Below, piece by piece: positions 8,306-16,892 of a stretch of DNA of 40,127 nt (the first letter of the stretch is position 1; each line of letters opens with the position of its first letter). The stretch covers positions 17,565 through 57,691 of the forward strand of contig CAZSYS010000001.1 of the NCBI GenBank assembly GCA_964611365.1, written 5' to 3'. Origin of the DNA: an uncultured Planctomycetales bacterium. GTDB taxonomy: Bacteria; Planctomycetota; Phycisphaerae; UBA1845; PWPN01. Position numbers and translations under genes: made by a program. Below the pieces are notes generated by a model. It did not search any database and was not told where the DNA came from. It saw only the letters and a list, made by a program, of their open reading frames with translations.

Positions 8306-9475
8306 CTAGGGTTGCGGACGCTCCGCGAGAGAGCGGCCTTGGCCCGGAGAACCGGCCTGTTCGCCGCGCGCCGGGAGGCCCGGATTCGCGGCGGCAGCGG
8401 CCTCGAGGATCGCACGGGCTGCCGGGGCCGCCGTCGGCGTGGCCGTCAGGGCCAGGGCCTCGCGGGCGGCGTCCTGCGGGCGCCCGGCCAGCAGCAGTCG
8501 ATAAGCGTGCAGCAGCCGGGTCTCCGGCGAACCGCCGTCCAGGGCCATGGCCCGGGCGATCGGATCGGTGGCGGCTTCGACCTCCCCGGCAGCGATGCAG
8601 GCCCGGGCCAGAAGTCTCCAGAGGATCGGCTCGGAGAGCCGGGCATCGGTCGCCTTGCGGAGCAGCCGCACGGCCTGGCCGGCCTGGTCCCGCTCAAGCA
8701 GGCCGGCGGCGAGCCGGGCCAGGACGCCGGTCGGGAAGGGCTCGACATCCCGCTCGATCAGCGGCTCGGCAGCCTGGACGGCCTCCGGGCAGCGTCCGGC
8801 GGCCAGCAGGGCCTCGACGGCCTCCTCGCGCAGCAGCCGGTTCTCCGGCTGCAGGCGCAGGGCGGCCGCGTAGCGGCGCGCCGCCTCGTCGCGGCGACCG
8901 AGCATTGCGGCCGTCTGGCTCATCAGCACGTGGATGGCCGGGTCCTGGTCGAAATCCGCCAGGCGCGGCTCCAGGGCGCCGGCCGCCTGTTCGAACAGCC
9001 CCTGGCGCATCAGCACCTGGGCGTAGACCAGCAGGTAATCGAGGTTGTCCGGATCGGCCGAGGTGGCCCGGGCCTGCCAGTCGGCCGCGGCCGCCAGATC
9101 GCCGCGTCGCTCGGCCAGCAGGCCCTGCAGGTGGTGAACCGCGGCGGCCTCGGGCGCCAGGGCGGCGGCGGCCTCGACCGCGGCCTGGGCCTTGCTCAGC
9201 TCGCCTTCCTCCAGGCGCAGGCGGGCCATCAGCAGGTGGGCATCCAGGCAGGCGGCGTCCAGCGCCAGGGCCTCGGCGCACTGCTCGGCGGCGGCCTCCA
9301 GCTGCCGGGCCTCGAAGCTGCGCTGGGCGAGCTGCAGCTTGATTCGCGCCCGGACCTCGCGCCAGCGCTGCTCGCCCTGCTCGCGGGCGGTCTTGTGCTT
9401 TTCGCCGGCGGCGCAGCCGGCAAGCAGCACCGCAACCGGCAGCAGCCACAGGCCGATCCTCACTGCGCGCATCAT
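8306..9475 (-). CDS. TPR-repeat lipoprotein (PilF/PilW-like secretin pilotin candidate)
   Basis: 389 aa with signal plus lipobox LLAGC. Ala/Leu-rich 34-residue-type helical repeats run throughout. Its start overlaps the secretin stop by 4 nt (ATGA at 9472-9475). Confidence 0.7.
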   Translation of the reverse strand: MMRAVRIGLWLLPVAVLLAGCAAGEKHKTAREQGEQRWREVRARIKLQLAQRSFEARQLEAAAEQCAEALALDAACLDAHLLMARLRLEEGELSKAQAAVEAAAALAPEAAAVHHLQGLLAERRGDLAAAADWQARATSADPDNLDYLLVYAQVLMRQGLFEQAAGALEPRLADFDQDPAIHVLMSQTAAMLGRRDEAARRYAAALRLQPENRLLREEAVEALLAAGRCPEAVQAAEPLIERDVEPFPTGVLARLAAGLLERDQAGQAVRLLRKATDARLSEPILWRLLARACIAAGEVEAATDPIARAMALDGGSPETRLLHAYRLLLAGRPQDAAREALALTATPTAAPAARAILEAAAAANPGLPARGEQAGSPGQGRSLAERPQP

Positions 9476-11373
9476 TGCGCCTCCTCCTGCGGGGCGGTGG
9501 CCGGCGGACGGCCCGGTCCGGCGCCCTGCAGCCGCCGCACGATGAAGTCGCGCACGATGCTGCCCTCATCCTCCGCGAGGCACTCGGCCGTCAGCTCCTC
9601 CTTGAGCTGCAGGGCCGGCAGGTAGCCGGGCTTGAGGTGCAGCGCCATGCGCGTGTCCCACAGGGCCTTGTCCAGCCGTCCCGCCCGGCGATGCTCCAGG
9701 GCCCACTCGTAGTGGGCCACGGCCAGTCGTTCGCGGCCCTGGGGCATGAGTCCCCGGCGCAGGCCGGCCCGCACCGCCTCGATCTCCCCGGCCTGCCCGG
9801 CCCCGGCCCGCTCGTAGCTTTCGTCGTCCTTGACGATGTGGACGGTCAGCAGAATGATGACCTCCTCGCGGCCGGTTTCGTCGGTGGTGGTGCCGAAGAG
9901 GGTCCCGGCGCCCGGAAGGCTTCCAAGGTAGGGCACCTGGCTGCGGTTGGCCTGCGTGGCTTCGCGGAACAACCCGCCGATGAGGATGGTGTAGCCGTCG
10001 CGGATCACGATGCTGGTGGTCACCTCGGTGGTCCGCTTGAACGGCAGGTTCGATTCATTCAGCCCGCCGCTGCTGTCCTCCGGGTGAATCTCCATGCGGA
10101 TGTGGCCGTCGTCTCCGATGAAGGGCGTGAAACGCAGCTGGGTGCCGGTCTCCAGAAACTCGACCGTCTGCGTGGCCACCGTTTCGGTGACCGTGGTGGT
10201 CAGATAGCCGTCGCGCCGGCCGACGATCACCTCGCCCTCCTGGCGGTTGAGGGCCAGCACCTTGGGGTTGGCGACCACCGTCGTGTCCGTGATCTGCTCC
10301 AGCGCCCGGATGAAAACCGCCACCTTGTCCTTGATGACGCCGAAGGTGAACCCGCCGTTGGGCACGAGGTTGTTGAAGTCCGTGCGCCAGGTCATGTTGG
10401 TATTGACCATCTCGGGCCGTGGGAGCAGGCCGGTGTTCAGGTCGGTGACGCCCGGCGAGACGGAGTTGAGGGTCTCGAAGTTGACGCCCGAGAGCATGTT
10501 GAAGTCGATGCCCAGCGAGTTGATCTCGTTGAGCTGGGCCCGCAGGATGGTGGCCTCGACCAGCACCTGCCGGGGCCTCGCGTCCAGCTCGTCGATCAGC
10601 CGCTCCACCTCGCGCAGACGGTCCGGGGTGTCGGACACCACGATGACGTCCGGCCCGGTCAGCTTCATGGACCGCGCGCCCTCGGAGGAGGATCCCCCGC
10701 CCCCGGCCGTCGGCACGGACACGATCCGCCCTTCCTCGCTCAGCGCCGACTTGATCACCGGCTCCAGGTCCCGGCTGGACACGTAGTTCAGGTGAAAGAC
10801 GCGGGTCTGGGGGGCCTCACGACGGGCCGAGGTCCGCGCGGCGGCCTGTTCGGCCAGGGTCTGAACGTAGATGAAGCGCCCTTGTTCGACGTAGGTGCAG
10901 CCGTTGGGCATGAGCACCGCGGCCAGGGCCTCCTCGAACGACACGTCGAAGAGGTCGGCGGTCACCGTGCCGGTGACGCTGGGGCTGGCCACGATGTTGC
11001 GGCGGCTCTGGAGCGAGAGCATGCGCAGCACCTCGCCCAGCGGCACGTCGGTCACGTGCATCTCCACCCGTAGGTCGGGGCCGACCGCCACCGACCCACC
11101 CGGCGGTGAACCGGCGGCCGGCGCGGCCTCGGAGGCGCCCTGCGGCTCCACAGCCTCCGGCAGTTCGGCCGACGACTCAGGCATGGAGGCCGGATGGCCA
11201 GTCTGCACCATCTCCCGCAGGGCCGACAGCAGTCTCCCGGTCATGCCCGGGTTTTCCGGCTCGGCCGACTCCTGCGCGGGGGCATCCGGCGTCTGGGCGG
11301 CTCCGTCCCGGCCCAGGCCCGCGGCCAGCAGGGCCAGCAGCAGGGCCATCAGGTTGAGCTTGAGTCCCCGCAT
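9472..11373 (-). CDS. secretin (GspD/PilQ family outer-membrane channel) with a C-terminal helical extension
   Basis: 633 aa with signal peptide MRGLKLNLMALLLALLAAG. It has a secretin N-domain-like stretch NIVASPSVTGTVTADLFDVSFEEALAAVL. The secretin core shows VVANPKVLALNRQEGEVIVG ... SQVPYLGSLPGAGTLFG. The C-terminal about 90 aa (HYEWALEHRRAGRLDKALWDTRMALHLKPGYLPAL) is TPR-like. Confidence 0.85.
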   Translation of the reverse strand: MRGLKLNLMALLLALLAAGLGRDGAAQTPDAPAQESAEPENPGMTGRLLSALREMVQTGHPASMPESSAELPEAVEPQGASEAAPAAGSPPGGSVAVGPDLRVEMHVTDVPLGEVLRMLSLQSRRNIVASPSVTGTVTADLFDVSFEEALAAVLMPNGCTYVEQGRFIYVQTLAEQAAARTSARREAPQTRVFHLNYVSSRDLEPVIKSALSEEGRIVSVPTAGGGGSSSEGARSMKLTGPDVIVVSDTPDRLREVERLIDELDARPRQVLVEATILRAQLNEINSLGIDFNMLSGVNFETLNSVSPGVTDLNTGLLPRPEMVNTNMTWRTDFNNLVPNGGFTFGVIKDKVAVFIRALEQITDTTVVANPKVLALNRQEGEVIVGRRDGYLTTTVTETVATQTVEFLETGTQLRFTPFIGDDGHIRMEIHPEDSSGGLNESNLPFKRTTEVTTSIVIRDGYTILIGGLFREATQANRSQVPYLGSLPGAGTLFGTTTDETGREEVIILLTVHIVKDDESYERAGAGQAGEIEAVRAGLRRGLMPQGRERLAVAHYEWALEHRRAGRLDKALWDTRMALHLKPGYLPALQLKEELTAECLAEDEGSIVRDFIVRRLQGAGPGRPPATAPQEEAQ

Positions 11374-11381
11374 CCGTGCGT

Positions 11382-11729
11382 CTACCTCTGACCGGCTCGG
11401 TCCGTTCTCTCGACCGGCCGGCGCGCCCCCGGCGCCACCGGTGCTGCCGCTGCGGACCCGGCTGCGGGCACGCCGGGCTTGCGGGCCGATTCGACCACCT
11501 GCACCTTGATCGTGCCCTGGCGCAGAAGGTCCAGCACCGCCGACAACGAATGATCGATCCGGTCCAGCCGGGCGATCATCTCGTTGCGCTGAAGCCCGGA
11601 GTCGGGAATCTGGGCCAGCGCCGGCTGCAGGACGCTGTCGGCCACCAGCCCGATCAGCACGCCGGCGACCAGCCCGGCCAGCAGCGCCCGGCCCGCCGGC
11701 CGCTGGAACGGAGGTTGCATCGCAGACAT
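11382..11729 (-). CDS. small bitopic membrane protein, first gene of the secretin operon
   Basis: 115 aa with one TM segment (ALLAGLVAGVLIGLVA) followed by a helical region. It ends 8 nt before the secretin start. Confidence 0.55.
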   Translation of the reverse strand: MSAMQPPFQRPAGRALLAGLVAGVLIGLVADSVLQPALAQIPDSGLQRNEMIARLDRIDHSLSAVLDLLRQGTIKVQVVESARKPGVPAAGSAAAAPVAPGARRPVERTDRAGQR

Positions 11730-12027
11730 GGTTCCTCCCTACGGCCCGTGTTATCGGCGGCTCGAAGGGCTCTCACGACTGATTTATCCGGCAAATCCGG
11801 AACCCGCCCCGTGCCTGCCCTCGCCGGCCCGGACCAGGGCTTGCGGTGGCCGGCAGACCGCGGGGCCGCGGATTATCGGGCGTGCGGCCTGAGGCTTGCG
11901 GCCGACCGCGCAGCGGTGCCACATTCGCCGGCGGGTCTGGCCGATGATGGAAACGGCGGAACGGCAGCGGCTCCGGAACGCGGCCGCCGGATCCGCCCGG
12001 GGAGCACCCGACACCCGATCCAGACCG

Positions 12028-12546
12028 ATGGACGCCAGCCGCCGGATATCCCCGAGCCTCCGGACGCCCGGGCGCCTCGCCTTCAGCCTGATCGAGATGC
12101 TCCTGGTGCTGGTGATCATGGCGGTGATGGCGGCAGTGGCGATTCCGCGGTTCGGCTCCGCCGAGGCCCGCCACCGCGTCGAAGTCGCCGCCCGCCGTGT
12201 GGCCGCCGACCTCGACCTGGCCCGGCAGCGGGCCCGCGCCGCCGGGGCGGATCGCAGCGTGATCTTCCATCCGGCCGCAAACCGCTACCACCTGCCCGGC
12301 GTGCCCCATCCGGACCGGCCCGGCTCGCCGGACGACTACACCGTGGAGCTCGGGCAGGCCCCCTACGGGGCGGCCATCAGTGCGGTCGATTTCGGGGGAG
12401 ACGCCGCCATCGTCTTCGACGGATTCGGAACCCCCGACAGCGGCGGCAGCGTGACCATCTGCGTGGGCAGATACTCCAAGACGGTCACCGTCGATCCGGA
12501 GACCGGTCACGCCGACGTTCCCGTAGAGCCCACGGCGGTGAACTGA
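12028..12546 (+). CDS. GspH/FimT-like minor pseudopilin
   Basis: Prepilin-type N-terminus RLA|FSLIEMLLVLVIMAVMAAVAIP with Glu at +5. The following ARHRVEVAARRVAADLDLARQRA and the C-terminal beta region resemble GspH/FimT. The start is chosen at the in-frame ATG at 12028, and earlier starts back to 11896 are possible. Confidence 0.7.
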   Translation: MDASRRISPSLRTPGRLAFSLIEMLLVLVIMAVMAAVAIPRFGSAEARHRVEVAARRVAADLDLARQRARAAGADRSVIFHPAANRYHLPGVPHPDRPGSPDDYTVELGQAPYGAAISAVDFGGDAAIVFDGFGTPDSGGSVTICVGRYSKTVTVDPETGHADVPVEPTAVN

Positions 12547-12556
12547 GCGTCGCGGC

Positions 12557-14341
12557 ATGAGCGCGAATCATCACACATCACGGATGCGGAAACACCAGGA
12601 CGGCGCGGGCGGTCGGGCCGCCGGCAGAACGGGGACGCCGCGTGTCCCGGAGAGCTCGACCGGCCAGCCTCGGGCCTGGACGTACCGGCGCGGCACCGCG
12701 GGTCACCGACCGGCGTTCACCCTGGCCGAGCTCGTGGTCAGCATGGCGGTGATGAGCGTACTGCTGGTCGGCCTGGCCTCGGCGGTGCTGATCGCGTCGC
12801 GATCTCTGCCCGGTCCGGAGAGCCGCCTGGAGCAGTCCGCCCGGACCGCCGCCGCCCTGGACACCATCGTGGAGGACCTTCGACTGGCCAGCTGGTTCCT
12901 CGAGCATACCGACACGGCCACCACTTTCGCGGTGCCGGATCGCAACGGCGACGGCCGGCCCGAGCGGATCCGCTACGCCTGGTCCGGAACCCCCGGCGAT
13001 CCTCTGACCCGCCAGCTCAACGGCGGAACGGTCGTGAATCTGCTGGCGGACGTGCGGCAGTTTTCGCTGGCTCTGATCCTCCGGGCCGAGCCGGAGACCT
13101 ATCCCGGCCAGGCGGAGGAAGAGCCGGTCGCCAGCGTGATGGGCAGCTATCCCGTCCCGGCCACGGGGCCGCTCGGCGAGGACGAAGACCTGACCATCGA
13201 CCATCTCCAGCAGGTCAGCCAGTTCGTTGAACCCATCCTGCCGCCGGGCGCCGCGGGGTGGCGGCCGGCGCGCGTCGCCGTCGTGGCCCGGAACCAGGCA
13301 CCGGCCACCGAGACGCTGCGGGTCGAACTGCGCGAGCCGGGCGACGGCGTCCGCCCCTCCACCACCGTGCTGGGCGGCGTCTCCGTCCCGGAGTCCGGCC
13401 TGCCCGGCAGCTATGCGTGGCGCTCGATCGACTTTTCCGGCCAGCCGATGCGCTCCCCCGAGGCCGGGGTGTGCGTCTGCTTCCGGGGGGCGGCGGCCGC
13501 AGGCTCGGCGACCGCGCTGCTGAAGGGAGACGAAGAGGCCGGTTCCGCCGGTGACGACACGACCTTCTCCACCAACGGCGGCATGTCGTGGTTTTCGATC
13601 CCCGATCAGGCCCTGCAGTACGAACTGCGCGGTTTCGTCTGGCTGCCCGGACCGGAGGTCGCGGTCACGCGCCACCGGGCGACTTCGGTGGTCGCCGGCG
13701 TGACGGCCGGCCCGGGGCCGACGAGCGGGGCCTCGACCACCGTCACGCTGCTGAACGAACCCGAACTGCTCAGCGGTCTCTGGGAGGCGGATTTCAACCA
13801 GAACCCCTGTGACGACCGCAACGGCGACGGCACGCCCGATTTCTGCGTCACCAACGGACTGTTCGATCCGGCCTCGCTGGTCGGCGGCATCTGGCAGGCG
13901 AATCGCACCCTGCAGACGCTGCCGCCCAGCGACTTCGCCGGCCTGACGACCGTGCGACTGCGGTTTCGCGGCACATCCGCGGCCATGCATCTGAGACTCC
14001 ACGCCGACTGGAGCGGCATGAGCTGCGCCGTGCTGCACGCCTGGATCAAACCCGACGGCCGGGGCGGCCAGACGCTGGGGGTCTCCCATCAGACGGACGA
14101 AAGCACCGAGGAACTGTTGACCGACGTTCGCTGTCTGACCGCGGATTTCGCTGAACTGCGTCTCCTGATCGATCCTCAGGTGGACCTGGTTCATATTCGT
14201 GTCAACGGCATCGACCGCGGCACGTTCGGATACGCCCGGATCGATATGAGCTCGGCCGACAGGTTCGCCCTGCTGTACCCCGAGGTGCCCGGGGCCGGCG
14301 AGGTCGACGACCTGTCCATTCACGTCGCGGAGGGGCCATGA
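12557..14341 (+). CDS. large GspJ/PilW-like pseudopilin with about 400-aa C-terminal extension
   Basis: 594 aa. The prepilin-type motif RPA|FTLAELVVSMAVMSVLLVGLA follows an unusually long leader of about 50 aa. A PulJ-like segment (LDTIVEDLRLASWF ... IRYAW ... LTRQLNGG) is present. There are two DxNGDGxP(D/E) loops (DRNGDGRPE, DDRNGDGTPDF). The C-terminal beta-rich region looks jelly-roll-like. Confidence 0.7.
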   Translation: MSANHHTSRMRKHQDGAGGRAAGRTGTPRVPESSTGQPRAWTYRRGTAGHRPAFTLAELVVSMAVMSVLLVGLASAVLIASRSLPGPESRLEQSARTAAALDTIVEDLRLASWFLEHTDTATTFAVPDRNGDGRPERIRYAWSGTPGDPLTRQLNGGTVVNLLADVRQFSLALILRAEPETYPGQAEEEPVASVMGSYPVPATGPLGEDEDLTIDHLQQVSQFVEPILPPGAAGWRPARVAVVARNQAPATETLRVELREPGDGVRPSTTVLGGVSVPESGLPGSYAWRSIDFSGQPMRSPEAGVCVCFRGAAAAGSATALLKGDEEAGSAGDDTTFSTNGGMSWFSIPDQALQYELRGFVWLPGPEVAVTRHRATSVVAGVTAGPGPTSGASTTVTLLNEPELLSGLWEADFNQNPCDDRNGDGTPDFCVTNGLFDPASLVGGIWQANRTLQTLPPSDFAGLTTVRLRFRGTSAAMHLRLHADWSGMSCAVLHAWIKPDGRGGQTLGVSHQTDESTEELLTDVRCLTADFAELRLLIDPQVDLVHIRVNGIDRGTFGYARIDMSSADRFALLYPEVPGAGEVDDLSIHVAEGP

Positions 14342-15192
14342 AACCCGTCACCGTCGGATTTCCGGCAGGCGGGTTTCCGGCATCCGGAGGCCCGGCCGCG
14401 GGGCGCAGGGCGCTCTCGATGATCGAGGTCGCCATCAGTTCGGTGATCATCGGCCTGCTGATGGTGGCCGCGGTCTCGGCCGCGGGCCGGGCCGCCCGGA
14501 ACGCATCCATCGTCACCGATCGGGTCGCCGGCGGCCTGCACGCCGCCGGGCTGATGGCTGAAATCCTGCAACAGGCCTACCTCGACCCGGGCCCCAGCCC
14601 GGTGTTCGGCCCCGAGGCGGATGAGGACCCCTCCGTCCGCAGCGACTTCGACGACGTGGACGACTATCACGGCTGGAAGGCCAGCCCGCCGCAGAACAAG
14701 GCCGGCGCCGTCCTGTCCGACATGGCCGGGTGGGAGGAGTCCGTGACCGTGGTCTGGTGCTCTCCCGTGAATCCCGGGATCACCGCCGCTACCGACCTCG
14801 GGATCAAGCGGATCACCGTGACCGTACGCCGCCACGGCGCGGAAGTCGCGTCGCTGACGGCCCTGCGGACCGCGGCGTTCAGCGATCTGACCAGCCCCGG
14901 GCCGCCGGATTCCGAAACCAACACGCCGCCCACCGCCGGATTCTCGTGGGAGGACGTTTCCGGCACCGGCGGCCTGAGCGTGCGTTTCGACGCCGGAGCC
15001 TCCGGCGACGCCGACGCGGCGGACGCCGCCATGCTGACGTTCCTCTGGGACTTCGGCGATGGAACCGTCGCCGGCGGACGCACCGTCGAGCATACCTACG
15101 CGGCCGAGGGCACCTACGTGGTGACGCTGACGGTCATCGACGGCCGCGGAGGGCTGGCCACGGCCGTCCAGACCATCGAGGTGCGGCCATGA
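14338..15192 (+). CDS. GspI/PilV-like pseudopilin fused to a PKD domain
   Basis: 284 aa. The N-terminus is RRA|LSMIEVAISSVIIGLLMVAAV with Glu at +5. The C-terminal FSWEDVSGTGGLSVRFDAGAS ... FLWDFGDGTVAGGRTVEHTYAAEGTYVVTLTVIDGRGG is a classic PKD pattern. ATGA overlaps occur at both ends (14338-14341 and 15189-15192). Confidence 0.75.
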   Translation: MKPVTVGFPAGGFPASGGPAAGRRALSMIEVAISSVIIGLLMVAAVSAAGRAARNASIVTDRVAGGLHAAGLMAEILQQAYLDPGPSPVFGPEADEDPSVRSDFDDVDDYHGWKASPPQNKAGAVLSDMAGWEESVTVVWCSPVNPGITAATDLGIKRITVTVRRHGAEVASLTALRTAAFSDLTSPGPPDSETNTPPTAGFSWEDVSGTGGLSVRFDAGASGDADAADAAMLTFLWDFGDGTVAGGRTVEHTYAAEGTYVVTLTVIDGRGGLATAVQTIEVRP

Positions 15193-16130
15193 ACCGTCGC
15201 CGCAGACACGCCCGCGCTCGACCGGGCACCGCGTACGTCGCGGTGGTCGTCGCCTCGGCGATCGTCTCGGCCATCAGCCTGGCCGCCCTGTGGGCCGGGC
15301 GGATCCGCATGCGGACCGCCGAACAGGTCGCCCACGCCGCCGAGGCCCGCCTGCTTGCCCAGGCGGGCGTGGAAACCGCGGTGCGGGCCATCTCCCTGGA
15401 CGCCGACTGGAGAATCAACGTCCCCGCCGGCATCTACATGCCCGAACTGCCGCTGGGCAACGGTCGCTTCACCTGGAAGATCGTGCCCGAGCCCGAGTTC
15501 GTCGGCCAGACGGCGCCGCCGGTGCGGGTCTGCGGGCGCGGCACAAGAACCATGCCCGACCCCCGGGAGGAGACCGTGCGGATCCTCAGCGTTCTGCTGC
15601 GGACCCCGGTTTCCGGCGGGGCGAACCTGCTGAGCAACCCGGGGTTCGAGCGCGGCCCCGCGCAGTGGTCGGGCATGAACGGCTGCAGGCTGGTTGCGAA
15701 GAACAGCCCGGTCCACGCGGGCAGTCGCTCCCTGGGCGTCTACAGCAGGTCCAACGCGGCCTCCGGCCCCGGTCAGAGCCTCGTCGGCCGGATCACCCGC
15801 GGCCGCTCCTACGAGATGGAGGCTTACGTCCGCAGCATCTCATCCAACACCCGGGCGAAGTTCACGGTCTACGTGAAGGGAACTCTGTCGGCCGGGCAGT
15901 TCATCACCGACAACACCGGTCAGGTCGTCACCACGGATGAGTTCCGCCTCATCACGATGAACGCGGATATCGACTGGTCGGGCTCGCTGGAGGATGCCTG
16001 GATCAGAATCGATACCGTTCTGGGGCAGCCGGTCGCAAGCTTCTATGTGGATCAGGTCGTGTTTCGCGAGAAGCCGCCGACACAACTGCAGATCGTGCCC
16101 GGCTCCTGGCGGCAGGAACTGCAGCCCTGA
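15189..16130 (+). CDS. PilX/GspK-like pseudopilin fused to a CBM4/9-like carbohydrate-binding module
   Basis: In-frame ATG at 15189 inside ORF 14730..16130. The N-terminus GTAYVAVVVASAIVSAISLAAL followed by AEARLLAQAGVETAV is PilX_N/GspK-like. The C-terminal NLLSNPGFERGPAQWSG ... GRSYEMEAYVRS ... FYVDQVVF resembles a CBM4_9 jelly roll. Confidence 0.65.
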   Translation: MNRRRRHARARPGTAYVAVVVASAIVSAISLAALWAGRIRMRTAEQVAHAAEARLLAQAGVETAVRAISLDADWRINVPAGIYMPELPLGNGRFTWKIVPEPEFVGQTAPPVRVCGRGTRTMPDPREETVRILSVLLRTPVSGGANLLSNPGFERGPAQWSGMNGCRLVAKNSPVHAGSRSLGVYSRSNAASGPGQSLVGRITRGRSYEMEAYVRSISSNTRAKFTVYVKGTLSAGQFITDNTGQVVTTDEFRLITMNADIDWSGSLEDAWIRIDTVLGQPVASFYVDQVVFREKPPTQLQIVPGSWRQELQP

Positions 16131-16601
16131 GGGCGCCACGGATTCCAACCGGATCAGGACTCACCGAATGAAAACTGAAGGTCCCCCCACTAGACGGCCA
16201 TAACCGCCGGATCCAAAACCCACAAATCAAAGATCAAGACGATAATCCGTCTTCGGGGTCTGGGGCCTTTGGCCCAGCTCAGGTCGCTCAGCGCCTGCGG
16301 ACCGACTTGTAGATCCGTAACTTCATGTGGAATATGAATCTCAGCAACTATTGGCCGTCCGCTCAGGAGGACCATGGCAAGCCTGCCTGCGAATTTGACC
16401 TTCAGGAGCCGTTGTCGCGGCGTCGATGACTCACATATCACCTTCGCCGACTCGACATCGGTGCGGGTAGAGCCGGCAGGGTCGCAACAGGTCTGACCGA
16501 TGCCGAGGCTGCAGGTTTTTCTGATGTCCCTGCGGGGTTCCGGACGGCCGGTCGCTCCACCAGACTTTGGGCAGCCGGCCGACGCCTCAAAGGAAAGGTG
16601 G

Positions 16602-16629
16602 TTGACAAGACGGACATGCGGGTCTTAAT
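16602..16629 (+). promoter_or_regulatory. sigma70-like promoter TTGACA-N16-CTTAAT
   Basis: Perfect -35 at 16602-16607, 16-nt spacer and -10 CTTAAT (4/6) at 16624-16629, about 114 nt upstream of the small ORF. Confidence 0.4.
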
Positions 16630-16742
16630 CTGCCGAAATCGTGACCTGACGCCGATCGGCCGTGTGGCGCGGGTGGTCGTGGTTCAGGTTTGGTGCCCGG
16701 GGCGGCCGGGCGAGTCAGTCTTCCTTCACAAGGAGTGAAACC

Positions 16743-16892
16743 ATGAAGAAGGCAGGGATTGTTGCTCTGGCGACGCTGGTCGCCATGTGCCAGTTCGGCT
16801 GCGACGGCGGCAGCTGGAAGGTCGCGCACGACGTGGTGGTTCACCTGCTCGGTGTCGGCTGGACCGCCGACATGCTGAACCTGATCCCGTAA
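16743..16892 (+). CDS. 49-aa small secreted or lipoprotein-like peptide
   Basis: AGGAG at 16731-16735 sits 7 nt before the ATG. The N-terminus MKKAGIVALATLVAMCQFGC is signal-like with Cys residues in lipobox-like position. It lies in an otherwise gene-free low-GC gap. Confidence 0.5.
   Translation: MKKAGIVALATLVAMCQFGCDGGSWKVAHDVVVHLLGVGWTADMLNLIP

Noticed and set aside
16190-16441. 83-aa minus-strand ORF in the low-GC gap, considered as a possible toxin/antitoxin or transposase remnant
   Set aside because: It has no SD or promoter and no recognisable family motifs. A perfect hairpin (16236-16253) lies inside it. The plus-strand 40-codon ORF at 16374 has AGGAGG only 3 nt from the ATG, which is too close. 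The region is treated as noncoding.
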